Assembly (NCBI GenBank): GCA_965215565.1
Contig: CBDCDZ010000004.1
Coordinates: 1,504,001 to 1,568,000 of the forward strand
Source of the DNA: Trueperaceae bacterium
GTDB lineage: Bacteria; Deinococcota; Deinococci; Deinococcales; Trueperaceae
Length of the DNA: 64,000 nucleotides
Reading direction: 5' to 3'
Shown one piece after another: positions 51,851-60,341 of this stretch (position 1 is the first letter of the stretch; each line of letters opens with the position of its first letter). The notes beneath the pieces are model-generated. The model did not search any database, had not been told where the DNA came from, and saw only the letters and a list, made by a program, of their open reading frames with translations. The translations under genes and the position numbers were made by a program.

Positions 51851-52449
51851 TCCTATCTGGCCCAATGCAGTCGTGGGGCGGGCGCACCTACACCGAGCGG
51901 ACAACCAACCTCACTCCAACTAAAAGCGGTGTCGTCGGGCTCATAGCCGCAGTACTAGGACGACGTCGAGATGAGGATATAAGTGACCTCGCCACTTTAA
52001 GAATGGGCGTACGCGTGGACCGGGCAGGGCTCCTCGAGACGGAATTCATCACCGGCCAAAATATCATCTCGGCGGACGGCACGAAGGTCCATGCCAGCTC
52101 GTCAACCGTAAAGCACTACCTAGCGGATGCTGTTTTTCTGGTCGGACTTGAGGGTGCACGGTGGACGCTCGAGTCTATTCGCGAGACGGTTGAGATGCCA
52201 CGCTTCCCTCTTTACCTCGGGCGACGTGGGTACGTTGCAGACAGACCTATTTATCTCAGCGACGGATTTCAACAAACGAACCTCGAGAGTTCGCTTAGAG
52301 AGTACGAACTCGTTGGACCTCGACGAACGGACGCATTTGAGGTCGAAGTTGAGGTAACTTCGGGCGGTGATTTGGTCTTCGACCAACCTATAGGACCTCG
52401 GCGCTTCGGTCCGCGGCGCGTAAAACGGTACAGGCTATGGCGGTTGTGA
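51817..52449 (+). CDS. cas5: Type I-E Cas5 (CasD)
   Basis: LLLVLSGPMQSWG...PTKSGVVGLIAAVLGRRR, YLADAVFLVGL, PLYLGRR. Confidence 0.95.
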   Translation: MDNPIAYTLLLVLSGPMQSWGGRTYTERTTNLTPTKSGVVGLIAAVLGRRRDEDISDLATLRMGVRVDRAGLLETEFITGQNIISADGTKVHASSSTVKHYLADAVFLVGLEGARWTLESIRETVEMPRFPLYLGRRGYVADRPIYLSDGFQQTNLESSLREYELVGPRRTDAFEVEVEVTSGGDLVFDQPIGPRRFGPRRVKRYRLWRL

Positions 52450-53039
52450 TACTGACAGAATTCGATCTCAATCTATCCAATCCCAACGTGAGCCGTGACG
52501 TTTTCGACAGATACAGTGCACATCAAACGATGAAGCGGCTGACGGAAAGTTCTATTGGACGTGCGCTCTGGCTCCTGCGCGCGAGAGAGAGTTCGGCGCG
52601 GCTCGTGGTACAGACCGAAACGCCCATCTCTGAGGAAACTGTCAACGCTCTTATCAAGTCAGGTTACGCTTTGCGGGTACGTCAGCAGGCGCTGATTCTT
52701 GAGTACCCGCGCGATGCTGTGCTTTACTTCTATCTCGAGGCGAACGCGGTGCGCCGTGGAAAGATCGTCCGGCCTGCTATTGAGCGAGAAGAGAGGTTGA
52801 GTTGGCTAGAAGAGAGGCTAAAAGGCGCCGGAACCAAACTCATCGATGTTGAGGTGTTAAGAAGTCACACATGTGACGTTGTTCCAAAGGACTACAAGCT
52901 CTATACGGTAACCTATCACGGTTTGATATGCGTCAAGAACCCAAAGGAGGCTTCAAGGTCGTTGCGCAAAGGCATAGGACGCTCTAAGCACCTCGGATGC
53001 GGTCTGCTTCTTACGAAGGCAGTAGACTTAGGGGTATAA
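52437..53039 (+). CDS. cas6e: Type I-E Cas6e (Cse3/CasE)
   Basis: DRYSAHQ, LEAN, C-terminal GIGRSKHLGCGLL glycine loop. Confidence 0.92.
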   Translation: MAVVILTEFDLNLSNPNVSRDVFDRYSAHQTMKRLTESSIGRALWLLRARESSARLVVQTETPISEETVNALIKSGYALRVRQQALILEYPRDAVLYFYLEANAVRRGKIVRPAIEREERLSWLEERLKGAGTKLIDVEVLRSHTCDVVPKDYKLYTVTYHGLICVKNPKEASRSLRKGIGRSKHLGCGLLLTKAVDLGV

Positions 53040-53066
53040 AATTTTCGCGAATTCCATCATAATAGA

Positions 53067-53157
53067 GTTGTTTCCGCACGCGCGGGGGTGAACGGCCCAG
53101 GTTGGCCAGACCGGGATCCAGTCCCAATATATTCCCCGTGCGAGTGGAGACGGAACA
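53067..53157 (+). CRISPR. One-spacer mini-array: repeat 53067-53095, spacer 53096-53128, degenerate repeat 53129-53157
   Basis: GTTGTTTCCGCACGCGCGGGGGTGAACGG (29 nt, I-E hairpin), spacer CCCAGGTTGGCCAGACCGGGATCCAGTCCCAAT, then ATATTCCCCGTGCGAGTGGAGACGGAACA; starts 27 bp after cas6e. Confidence 0.88.
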
Positions 53158-53163
53158 AAAATA

Positions 53164-53922
53164 TCAGCGAGATAAATAATACAACCACTCAAACGCTGTC
53201 AAGCGCCAGTACCGATCTTTTAGATTAAAGCCAAAGCTGTGACCCGCGCTCTGGGATTCGATCATCTTCTGAAGCCTCTTATTATAACGCAAGTTGTCCA
53301 GCAACTGCCTAGACTTAAAATGAATCGTATTGCGAGGCGAAGAGATAACTGCTTCAATAAGAGCGTCGTGAAAGTGGTAAAGGTCATCATCAATCCATCC
53401 GACGGGTTCGGTAGGCGCGTCTGCTAAATCATCACCACAGCAGTAACAGTAGCATTCAGAGTTCCACCGTTGCTCGTGACGGGCGTAGATATCAACTTGA
53501 GCACCACACTCCGCACAATCATCTCGAAGAAGACAGCGATGAATGCTGCACACTTCAACGACATCAACGTACCAAACTTTTCGAAACCACCTGAACTCGA
53601 AACAGCAGAGCGGGCAGAAGCGCGGCGTTTTCCGAATCACTCGCGACGCCGAACCAGAACAACCCAGTTCTCCTACTCGCCTCGGAATCAGGGCGTCCAA
53701 GATGATTGACTCATCGGCCTGAACTCCATCGGCTAGGACGGAATAAAGATTCGACCGCTTTGCTTTGATGATGTCAGGTGCGTTAGAAATACCATAAACC
53801 CTATGAGATTTCTTCAACCGAGCTATGAATCGTTCGACTGAAAGACCGTTGCCGTAACTCAGTCTGGCAAGGTAGGAAGTAAAGGCTTCGCCTTCATCGG
53901 GTTTGTCTCTAAACGCCCACAC
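53164..53922 (-). CDS. tniQ: TniQ-family target-selector protein
   Basis: PDEGEAFTSYLARLSYGN, RFCPLC, W...VEVCSIHRCLLRDDCAECG, CYCCGDDL zinc-finger pattern. Confidence 0.9.
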   Translation of the reverse strand: MWAFRDKPDEGEAFTSYLARLSYGNGLSVERFIARLKKSHRVYGISNAPDIIKAKRSNLYSVLADGVQADESIILDALIPRRVGELGCSGSASRVIRKTPRFCPLCCFEFRWFRKVWYVDVVEVCSIHRCLLRDDCAECGAQVDIYARHEQRWNSECYCYCCGDDLADAPTEPVGWIDDDLYHFHDALIEAVISSPRNTIHFKSRQLLDNLRYNKRLQKMIESQSAGHSFGFNLKDRYWRLTAFEWLYYLSR

Positions 53923-53939
53923 TACATATCATGTCATTA

Positions 53940-54017
53940 GTGTAGACTGCAAAGGTGAGTTTCAAGTACTGTTCGCAAATAACTCGATTCAATTCGCAAA
54001 TAGCGTGATTTTTGACA
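53940..54017 (-). mobile_element. Tn7-like transposon end with tandem TnsB-site repeats
   Basis: Minus strand reads TGTCAAA-AATCACGCTATTTGCGAA-TTG-AATCGAGTTATTTGCGAA (15/18 identical repeats); terminal TGT at 54017. Confidence 0.75.
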
Positions 54018-54530
54018 AGAGCCAACCCCAAACGCCAAGAAACCCTCATCGTCGTCGGACTTGACCCCGGCTTAGCCAACTTGGGCCTGGGCGCGATTCG
54101 CGAAACGGGCAAAGAGGTCACGCATTTAGGCAGCACGCTGGTACGTACAAACAGCCGCACGGATCAAGCGGAGCGTTTGGCGGCGATTTACACCGAGATG
54201 ACCGACTTCTTGAAGGCGCATCGCCCCGACGTGCTCGCCATCGAAGGGCAGTATTTTCACCGCCAGCGCGACGTGGCGTTTAAGGTAGGGCAGGCTTTGG
54301 GCGTGTGCCTTTTAGCCGCGCAGCAACAGGGCGTCGAGACCGTTGAGTACGGACCGATGCAGGTCAAGCAGGCGCTCGTGGGCACGGGGCGCGCGAGCAA
54401 GGCCCAGGTGGGCTACATGGTTCGCGCCATGTTAGGTCTCACCCAGACCCCCGAGAGCCACCACGTCGCCGACGCGCTCGCGCTCGCGCTGACGCATCTG
54501 AGCGCGCGGCAACTGCAGTCGCTGGGTTAA
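54012..54530 (+). CDS. ruvC: Holliday junction resolvase RuvC
   Basis: GLDPGLANLG, LAIEGQY, YGPMQVKQALVGTGRASKAQV, DALALAL. Confidence 0.96.
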   Translation: MTRANPKRQETLIVVGLDPGLANLGLGAIRETGKEVTHLGSTLVRTNSRTDQAERLAAIYTEMTDFLKAHRPDVLAIEGQYFHRQRDVAFKVGQALGVCLLAAQQQGVETVEYGPMQVKQALVGTGRASKAQVGYMVRAMLGLTQTPESHHVADALALALTHLSARQLQSLG

Positions 54531-57500
54531 TCGGACGAAGAGGTTGCGGTCTCCTCTCTCGTTTCGGCTGATTCAGGCTTGTCCGAGCCTTCTTCCTTCT
54601 TAGTCTTCGCACCGGTTTTCTCCGTAGTTGTTTTCTTCGCCGTGGTCTGCTTAGTTGCGGTCTTTTTCGCCTCTACCTTCTCAGCGTGGGCTTTTTCGCC
54701 GGCGGATTTTTTTGCGCCATTCTTCGTTTCTGCCTTTTTCGTCCCTGCCTTTTTTGCTGTAGACTTCTTGGCGGACGCTTTCGCCGTCTTCTTCACTTTG
54801 GACTTAGGCTTGTCCTCTTCTAAAAGTCCATCGACTCTGTACTCCGAACGCGCTTCCGCCGCCGCGAAGTCTTTGAGCCCCTGGTGAATCTTTTTCAGCC
54901 CCGCGTCAATCTCTTTCGCTTTCAGCACGCTCAAGTTGAGAATGGCGACGCAGGCGAGGCGCGCGGTGAGTTCGCGGTAGGATTCTTTGTTGAAGTAGCG
55001 CACCCCTTCGTGCGCGTTGACGCCTAAGAAGGTCTGCGCCTCTTCGTCATCCATAAGGAGTTCGAGCAGTTTTTCAGCGGGCTTTCGGTCCTCGTCTTCT
55101 AGCTCGTACCAGTTCTTGTAGCGCACCAGGAGTTTAACGAGACGTAACACGCGCTCAGCGTTTAAGCCTAAATCGCCAAAGACATTCTCGATAACTCTAT
55201 CCAAACGCCAGCGATAAATCGCGGTGAGGCTCGCCTCGTTCGAACCGTCGCCCGTGAGGTGTCCGAGCGCGTGCACGCTAAGCCAGGCGTAGAGGCTGCC
55301 GCTCATCTCTGGGGTGAGGTTATCGGAGAGGATGGACTCGACTTCTCCACCCTTCTTGAACTTGGGCGCGAGGGTATTCAGGGAAGGGAGCGGCAGCAGT
55401 TGCCCGAGTTCGGTGGTGAAGCGCTCCAAAAGAGGTTGTGTGTCGCCCGTCCGCGCCTCCTCAGGAATGAAGTTTAGAGTCGCCTCTAAAAACGCTCCGT
55501 AATGTTCCGGCAAGGTTGCTTGCGCTTTGCTCTGACCCCTCTCGCTCTGCACCCGGCTGCGCAAACCGAGGATAACCTCTTTGCTGAGCACGTTGCTAAA
55601 AGCATCGTGGAGCGGTTGTAAGCGTAAGAACGCAATCTCTTCTTCGATGCTCGGCACGCCGCGGCCGCCGAGTTGGTCGTGAATTTTGGCGTAGGTGCCG
55701 TCATGATCGTGGGCTTCGCGAAAGTCTAAGAATACCTGGTACTTGAAAGCTTCTAATTCCAGATAGAACCCGTTCGCCAAATCCGTGCTTCGGCGGATGA
55801 ACTCCAAGTTCGACACCTGATCGCGGAAAATCGTGAAGTCGTTTCCGTGCGCCCGGAGACCGAGCCCAGCTTTGAGGTCACGCGAGGGCTGCATCCCGCC
55901 CTCTTTGGTGGCGTGCGGCGCGGCGTCTTTGATCCAGCCCTTAGCCTGTGAAAATTTGTTGTTAAAAACGACCAAAGAGGCTCTGTCACCCACGCGGTTC
56001 GAGTAGGCGTACACGTCCTCGTTGACGCCACCTCCTTGCGTATGCACGTCGTAGAGGAGGAAGTTCTCTACCTCGGCGAACTGCTCGCGGCGGTGCATCA
56101 GCGGGAAGACCTCGCGGTAGTGGCGGTCGATGAGCCAGCCGCTCGGGTTCTCTTCGCGCTTGGCGCGCTTGAATTCCATGCCGTACTTCTCTTCGAAGCC
56201 TTCGACCTGACCGTGACCAAACATCGGCAGTCCGGGCATCGTCACCATCACGGTGCAGACGCCAAAGTACTTGTCGTCTTGTCCAAACTGCGCAATCGCC
56301 GTTTCTTCGTCGGGGTTGCTCATGAAGTTGACGTAGCGCTTCAAGATGTTGGGCTCGAACTCCAAGACGTTTTTGATGGAGCGGCGGTACTTGGCGTTGT
56401 CCTCGTCTTTGAACATGTGCATAAAGGCGCTGTTGTAAACGCGGTGCATCCCGAGCGTGCGAACGAAGTAGCCTTCCATCATCCAGAACGCTTCGGCTAA
56501 GAGGAGTGTGTCGGGCACCTCTTCGGCGACGCGGTCCACGACTTCACGCCAGAACTCTTCGGGGATGGCGGCGTTAAAGTCGTCCGTGGTCAGGGTGCCG
56601 TACTGCGCCCGCGACGCAATCGCGCCGCCCGAGCCGGGCTCGGGGAACCAGAGCCTTTGGATGTGGCGCTTGGCGAGCGTCATCGCCGCGTCGAAGCGGA
56701 TGATGGGCGAGAGCCTCGCAACGTGCAAGATGGTCTGGATGATGGCTTCGCGCGCCTCGGCGTTCAGGTAGTTGAGCTGCGCCGTATCGTTCCAGGGCAT
56801 CGAGGTGCCGTCGTTGCCGTGATAGATGTAACGCTCGTTTCCAGTGTGGTAGTCCACGCGCTTAAAGACGACGGCGGCATCTGAGGAGTCGTAGTAGTGG
56901 TCCTCCAAAAAGATGCCGACGCGCTCATCGTTGGATAAATCAGGTCCGTTAAAGGTGTAGCTCGGGTAGGGCGAGTGGTCTAACTGCAAGAACCAGTCCG
57001 GGTGCTCCACCACCCAGCGTCCGTCGATGCCGACGTGGTTGGGGACCATGTCCGACGCCATGCGGACGCCGCGCTCCCAGGCGCGCCACTTGAGGTTGTC
57101 GTACGCCTCTTGTCCGCCCAAGTCCGAGGCGATCTGGTAGTCGTATAAGGAGTACGCCGACGCCACCGCGTCGGGGTTGCCGCGCATGTTCTTAACCTTT
57201 TTAGAGGCTGCCGAACGCTCCCATAAGCCGATGAGCCAAAGGCCCGTAAAGCCGCGCCGCGCGAGTTCGTCCAGTTCTTCGTCGGGCACTTGGTCAAGTC
57301 GGGAGATGTCGCGGTTATAGAACCTCGAGAGCTGTCCCAGCCATACAAACGTGCTTTTGGCGAGCATGACCACGCGGGGCATCCACGACGAGTCGGGCGA
57401 GAAGCGCTCGTACTCAATCTGCTCGAACGCACCAACCGAACCGTACTCAGCGCGTGGGTCGATGACCTGCGCCGGACCCGGACCCCCGCCGAAGCGCTCG

Positions 57501-58297
57501 CGGCGCTCCTCTTGAATCGTACCTAAAGTCTGCATCAAGCGGCGCATCAAGCCTTCGAACCGCCCCTCGCTCAAGGCGGGCCACTGAGCGCGCAAGAACT
57601 CCAACTGCCCATCTAAAGAGGTCGGATGCGAACGAAGCGGTCCGCGCAGCACGTCTAGGAGTTTCTTGCCGCCGAAACCAGGCTCGTCTTCGAAAAAGGC
57701 TTCCAGCGTCTCGATCATCTGCTTGTACGCCGTGTGCTGCTCTAGGTCCTCGTCGTCAAACAACTCGACGAAGCGCTCCATCGCCGGGTTCTCGTTCGCC
57801 ATGCGCAGGAGCAGAAGTTCTTCGAAGACTATTTGGCGGTGCGGAATGCTCTTGGAACTGCCCGCGAGGTATTCCTTGACCGTTCTTTTGTTCGTATAGA
57901 CAACCTTAGCGGGGAAGTCTTGAGCGTAGCGCTCTAAGGTGTTCTCTAACTCGTCGCCCAATGATTCTTCCAAATGCGCGTACGCCCGCTCGATCGCCGC
58001 GCCGTCCGTCTCTTGCAAGTAGAGCGAGACCAAAAGCCGCAGCAGTTCCTGAACGAGCCCCGCCGCGTAGAGTTCGCCCGCCGAAATCGCGGACTGCGGG
58101 TAACGCTTGGTGTCGCGAACGTCGTTGATCTGCTGCGCGACGCGCTGCGCCGCTGCAAAGTCGGTCAGGACTAGGTTGCCGTGCTCGGAAAAGAGGTCAG
58201 CAGCGAATCCGTAGCGCGCTCTCGCTTTCTTAGAAACGGGAATCTCTAAGCTGTCGTCCTCTTTTAACTGCTGAAAATAGTACGTGCGTAGTGCCAT
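54527..58297 (-). CDS. Large GH13 alpha-amylase-family protein with a Lys-rich tail
   Basis: SDMVPNH, WNDTAQLNY, IRFDAAM, LAEAFW, FMSNPDEE. Confidence 0.9.
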   Translation of the reverse strand: MALRTYYFQQLKEDDSLEIPVSKKARARYGFAADLFSEHGNLVLTDFAAAQRVAQQINDVRDTKRYPQSAISAGELYAAGLVQELLRLLVSLYLQETDGAAIERAYAHLEESLGDELENTLERYAQDFPAKVVYTNKRTVKEYLAGSSKSIPHRQIVFEELLLLRMANENPAMERFVELFDDEDLEQHTAYKQMIETLEAFFEDEPGFGGKKLLDVLRGPLRSHPTSLDGQLEFLRAQWPALSEGRFEGLMRRLMQTLGTIQEERRERFGGGPGPAQVIDPRAEYGSVGAFEQIEYERFSPDSSWMPRVVMLAKSTFVWLGQLSRFYNRDISRLDQVPDEELDELARRGFTGLWLIGLWERSAASKKVKNMRGNPDAVASAYSLYDYQIASDLGGQEAYDNLKWRAWERGVRMASDMVPNHVGIDGRWVVEHPDWFLQLDHSPYPSYTFNGPDLSNDERVGIFLEDHYYDSSDAAVVFKRVDYHTGNERYIYHGNDGTSMPWNDTAQLNYLNAEAREAIIQTILHVARLSPIIRFDAAMTLAKRHIQRLWFPEPGSGGAIASRAQYGTLTTDDFNAAIPEEFWREVVDRVAEEVPDTLLLAEAFWMMEGYFVRTLGMHRVYNSAFMHMFKDEDNAKYRRSIKNVLEFEPNILKRYVNFMSNPDEETAIAQFGQDDKYFGVCTVMVTMPGLPMFGHGQVEGFEEKYGMEFKRAKREENPSGWLIDRHYREVFPLMHRREQFAEVENFLLYDVHTQGGGVNEDVYAYSNRVGDRASLVVFNNKFSQAKGWIKDAAPHATKEGGMQPSRDLKAGLGLRAHGNDFTIFRDQVSNLEFIRRSTDLANGFYLELEAFKYQVFLDFREAHDHDGTYAKIHDQLGGRGVPSIEEEIAFLRLQPLHDAFSNVLSKEVILGLRSRVQSERGQSKAQATLPEHYGAFLEATLNFIPEEARTGDTQPLLERFTTELGQLLPLPSLNTLAPKFKKGGEVESILSDNLTPEMSGSLYAWLSVHALGHLTGDGSNEASLTAIYRWRLDRVIENVFGDLGLNAERVLRLVKLLVRYKNWYELEDEDRKPAEKLLELLMDDEEAQTFLGVNAHEGVRYFNKESYRELTARLACVAILNLSVLKAKEIDAGLKKIHQGLKDFAAAEARSEYRVDGLLEEDKPKSKVKKTAKASAKKSTAKKAGTKKAETKNGAKKSAGEKAHAEKVEAKKTATKQTTAKKTTTEKTGAKTKKEEGSDKPESAETREETATSSSD

Positions 58298-58602
58298 GTG
58301 CGTCCTCTCGTCAGGTGTTTACATGATAAAGATGCGGGCTTGCCCGCTGCGTTTGTCTAGCAGCTTAGCACGCATAAAGCACCTCTTCCCTGCTGGAGAG
58401 GCTACGGTTCGGGCGGTGCCTTGCGGTTCGTAATGACGCTGATGTCAGAGCAAGGGGTTTCAACCCCTTGTTCACCTCCCTGTTCAGTGTGCAGAAATAG
58501 CAAGGAGCACATGGCAGCGTTTGGCTCAGCCATCACTACACTCAGGTGTGACCACGCCCGCGCAAAAGAGCGCAGCTTCACGCGCCGAAACTCGCGCGAC
58601 GT

Positions 58603-59802
58603 TTAGGGAAAAACCTCGCCCACCCACTTGAGCGGGTCTGTCGAAACGGTGTTCACGCGCATCTCCCAGTGCAGGTGCGGTCCCGTCGAGAGCCCCGTCG
58701 AGCCTACTTCACCGATCTTCTGACCGCGCTCGACCTCTTCGCCAGCCGACACCCCTATCTGCGACTGATGGAGATAAAAGCTGTAGACGCCCGCGCCGTG
58801 GTCCAGCACGACGAGGCCGCCTTTGATGGGGTAGAAGTCCGCGATGAGCACTCTGCCGTTGTTGGTAGCTAGAATCGGCGTGCCGGTGGGCGCGGCAATA
58901 TCTGCACCGTGATGGTACGAGACGCGCCCACCCGGAGCGTAGCGGCGCGGCGTGCCGTAGCCGCTCGTGCTGCGTCCCTGGATAGGCAGCAAGAAGGGTT
59001 CGTCCCAGAGTGGATTGCCGCCCAGCGAAGCGTTAAACGCCGCTGCGACGGCTTGCGCCTCCAACTCCTTATTCTCCGGGGTGGACGAGCTAAGCGCGCT
59101 CGCGGGGATGCGCAACTCTTGCACGGGGCGCGGGTCGCTCTGCACGTTCAGGGTGCGCTCGACGGTGACTTCGCGTCCGTATTGATCTAAGAGGGAGACT
59201 TGGAGCCCCTCCCCCGCCGCCTCAGCGCCTAGAGGCACACTCGTCAGCGCGACTGCTTCGTTCTCTGTATAAAAGACAGGTAACGCCTCACCGTTTAACG
59301 TTACCCTAACCTCTTCAACGCCTAGACTCTCCGGCGGCAGCGCAACGCGCACACTTACAGGATCGCCGGGAATCACCGAATCTGTGACCTGAACTTGCGG
59401 TTGCAGTTCGGGCAAGCCGAAGAGGGTGTAGCTGTACGTACTTGCGTTATTCGCCGCGTCCGTTGCGGTAATCTCTAAAACTTCTTTTCCCGCAATGACA
59501 GGTAATGCGAGGTCCACGTTCTGCCCGACCTCTTGAAGTTGTGTGTCGCCGTAGTTCACCTCGTAGGTGACGGGTTCGCTCGAGCTTAACGTCAGTTGGA
59601 GCGGTTGCCCCACCGGAAGCTGCCCCTCAGAGAAGTCTTCACCCGCTTGCAAGACGAAGACCTCGGGCGGCGTTCTGTCGAGCCAGCCTTGCGCGGCGGC
59701 GAGCGCAAAGGTCATCGCAACGAGCAGAAGAAGCGCGAGGATACGGCGGCGGTTGCGCACGGACAGCTTGAAAGAAAGAGGTGACGAAGGCATCTGCATC
59801 AC
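58603..59802 (-). CDS. M23-family peptidase
   Basis: HHGADIAAP, YLHQS, STGPHLHWE. Confidence 0.92.
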   Translation of the reverse strand: MMQMPSSPLSFKLSVRNRRRILALLLLVAMTFALAAAQGWLDRTPPEVFVLQAGEDFSEGQLPVGQPLQLTLSSSEPVTYEVNYGDTQLQEVGQNVDLALPVIAGKEVLEITATDAANNASTYSYTLFGLPELQPQVQVTDSVIPGDPVSVRVALPPESLGVEEVRVTLNGEALPVFYTENEAVALTSVPLGAEAAGEGLQVSLLDQYGREVTVERTLNVQSDPRPVQELRIPASALSSSTPENKELEAQAVAAAFNASLGGNPLWDEPFLLPIQGRSTSGYGTPRRYAPGGRVSYHHGADIAAPTGTPILATNNGRVLIADFYPIKGGLVVLDHGAGVYSFYLHQSQIGVSAGEEVERGQKIGEVGSTGLSTGPHLHWEMRVNTVSTDPLKWVGEVFP

Positions 59803-60341
59803 TCGTCGCTCTGGCTCGTCACGAAAGGGAGATTGCGGTAGACGTGGGAGATGTCCAAGCCGTAGCCGTAGACAAAGGCATCATCAATTTCGAAGCCTAG
59901 ATAGTCCACAGGCACCTCGACCATCCTGCGCGAAGGTTTGGAGAGGAGCGTCGCCACCTTAACCGAAAGAGGTCCGCGCCCCGTGAGGTAACTCAAGAGG
60001 TACTGCATGGTGAGCCCCGTGTCCACGATGTCCTCGACTAAGAGCACGTGCTTATTTTTTAATGACTGCTCCAAGTCCTTGATGAGCCGCACTTCGCCTG
60101 AGGTTTCGGTGCGAGAGCCATACGACGACACCGACAAAAAGTCCATCGTTAAGGGCGCGTCAATCGCCCGCACTAGGTCCGCCATAAAGATAAACGCGCC
60201 GTTCAAGACGCAGATGAGGTGAAGCGGTTTGCCCTGGTAGTCTTCGGTGATGCGCTTGCCGAGTTCGTCAACGCGCTCGGTAATCTCGGTTTGGCTGAGT
60301 TGCACACTGCCTTCGCCGTACTCAAAAATCGTTTTACTCAC
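59799..60341 (-). CDS. hpt: Hypoxanthine phosphoribosyltransferase
   Basis: VLNGAFIFMADL, LVEDIVDTGLT, FVYGYGLD. Confidence 0.96.
   Translation of the reverse strand: MSKTIFEYGEGSVQLSQTEITERVDELGKRITEDYQGKPLHLICVLNGAFIFMADLVRAIDAPLTMDFLSVSSYGSRTETSGEVRLIKDLEQSLKNKHVLLVEDIVDTGLTMQYLLSYLTGRGPLSVKVATLLSKPSRRMVEVPVDYLGFEIDDAFVYGYGLDISHVYRNLPFVTSQSDE

Noticed and set aside
49047..53157. An ordinary adaptive-immunity type I-E locus
   Set aside because: No cas3/cas1/cas2 in the window, only one spacer, which is self-matching, and the genes are coupled to tns genes.
54012..54017. TTGACA as an outward -35 promoter element
   Set aside because: There is no -10 hexamer 16-18 bp downstream; it is better explained as the transposon terminus.
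54012..54530. RuvC-fold protein as a Cas12/TnpB-type effector of the system
   Set aside because: It is a standard 172-aa Holliday junction resolvase with host-like composition lying essentially outside the element; it is the target, not an effector.
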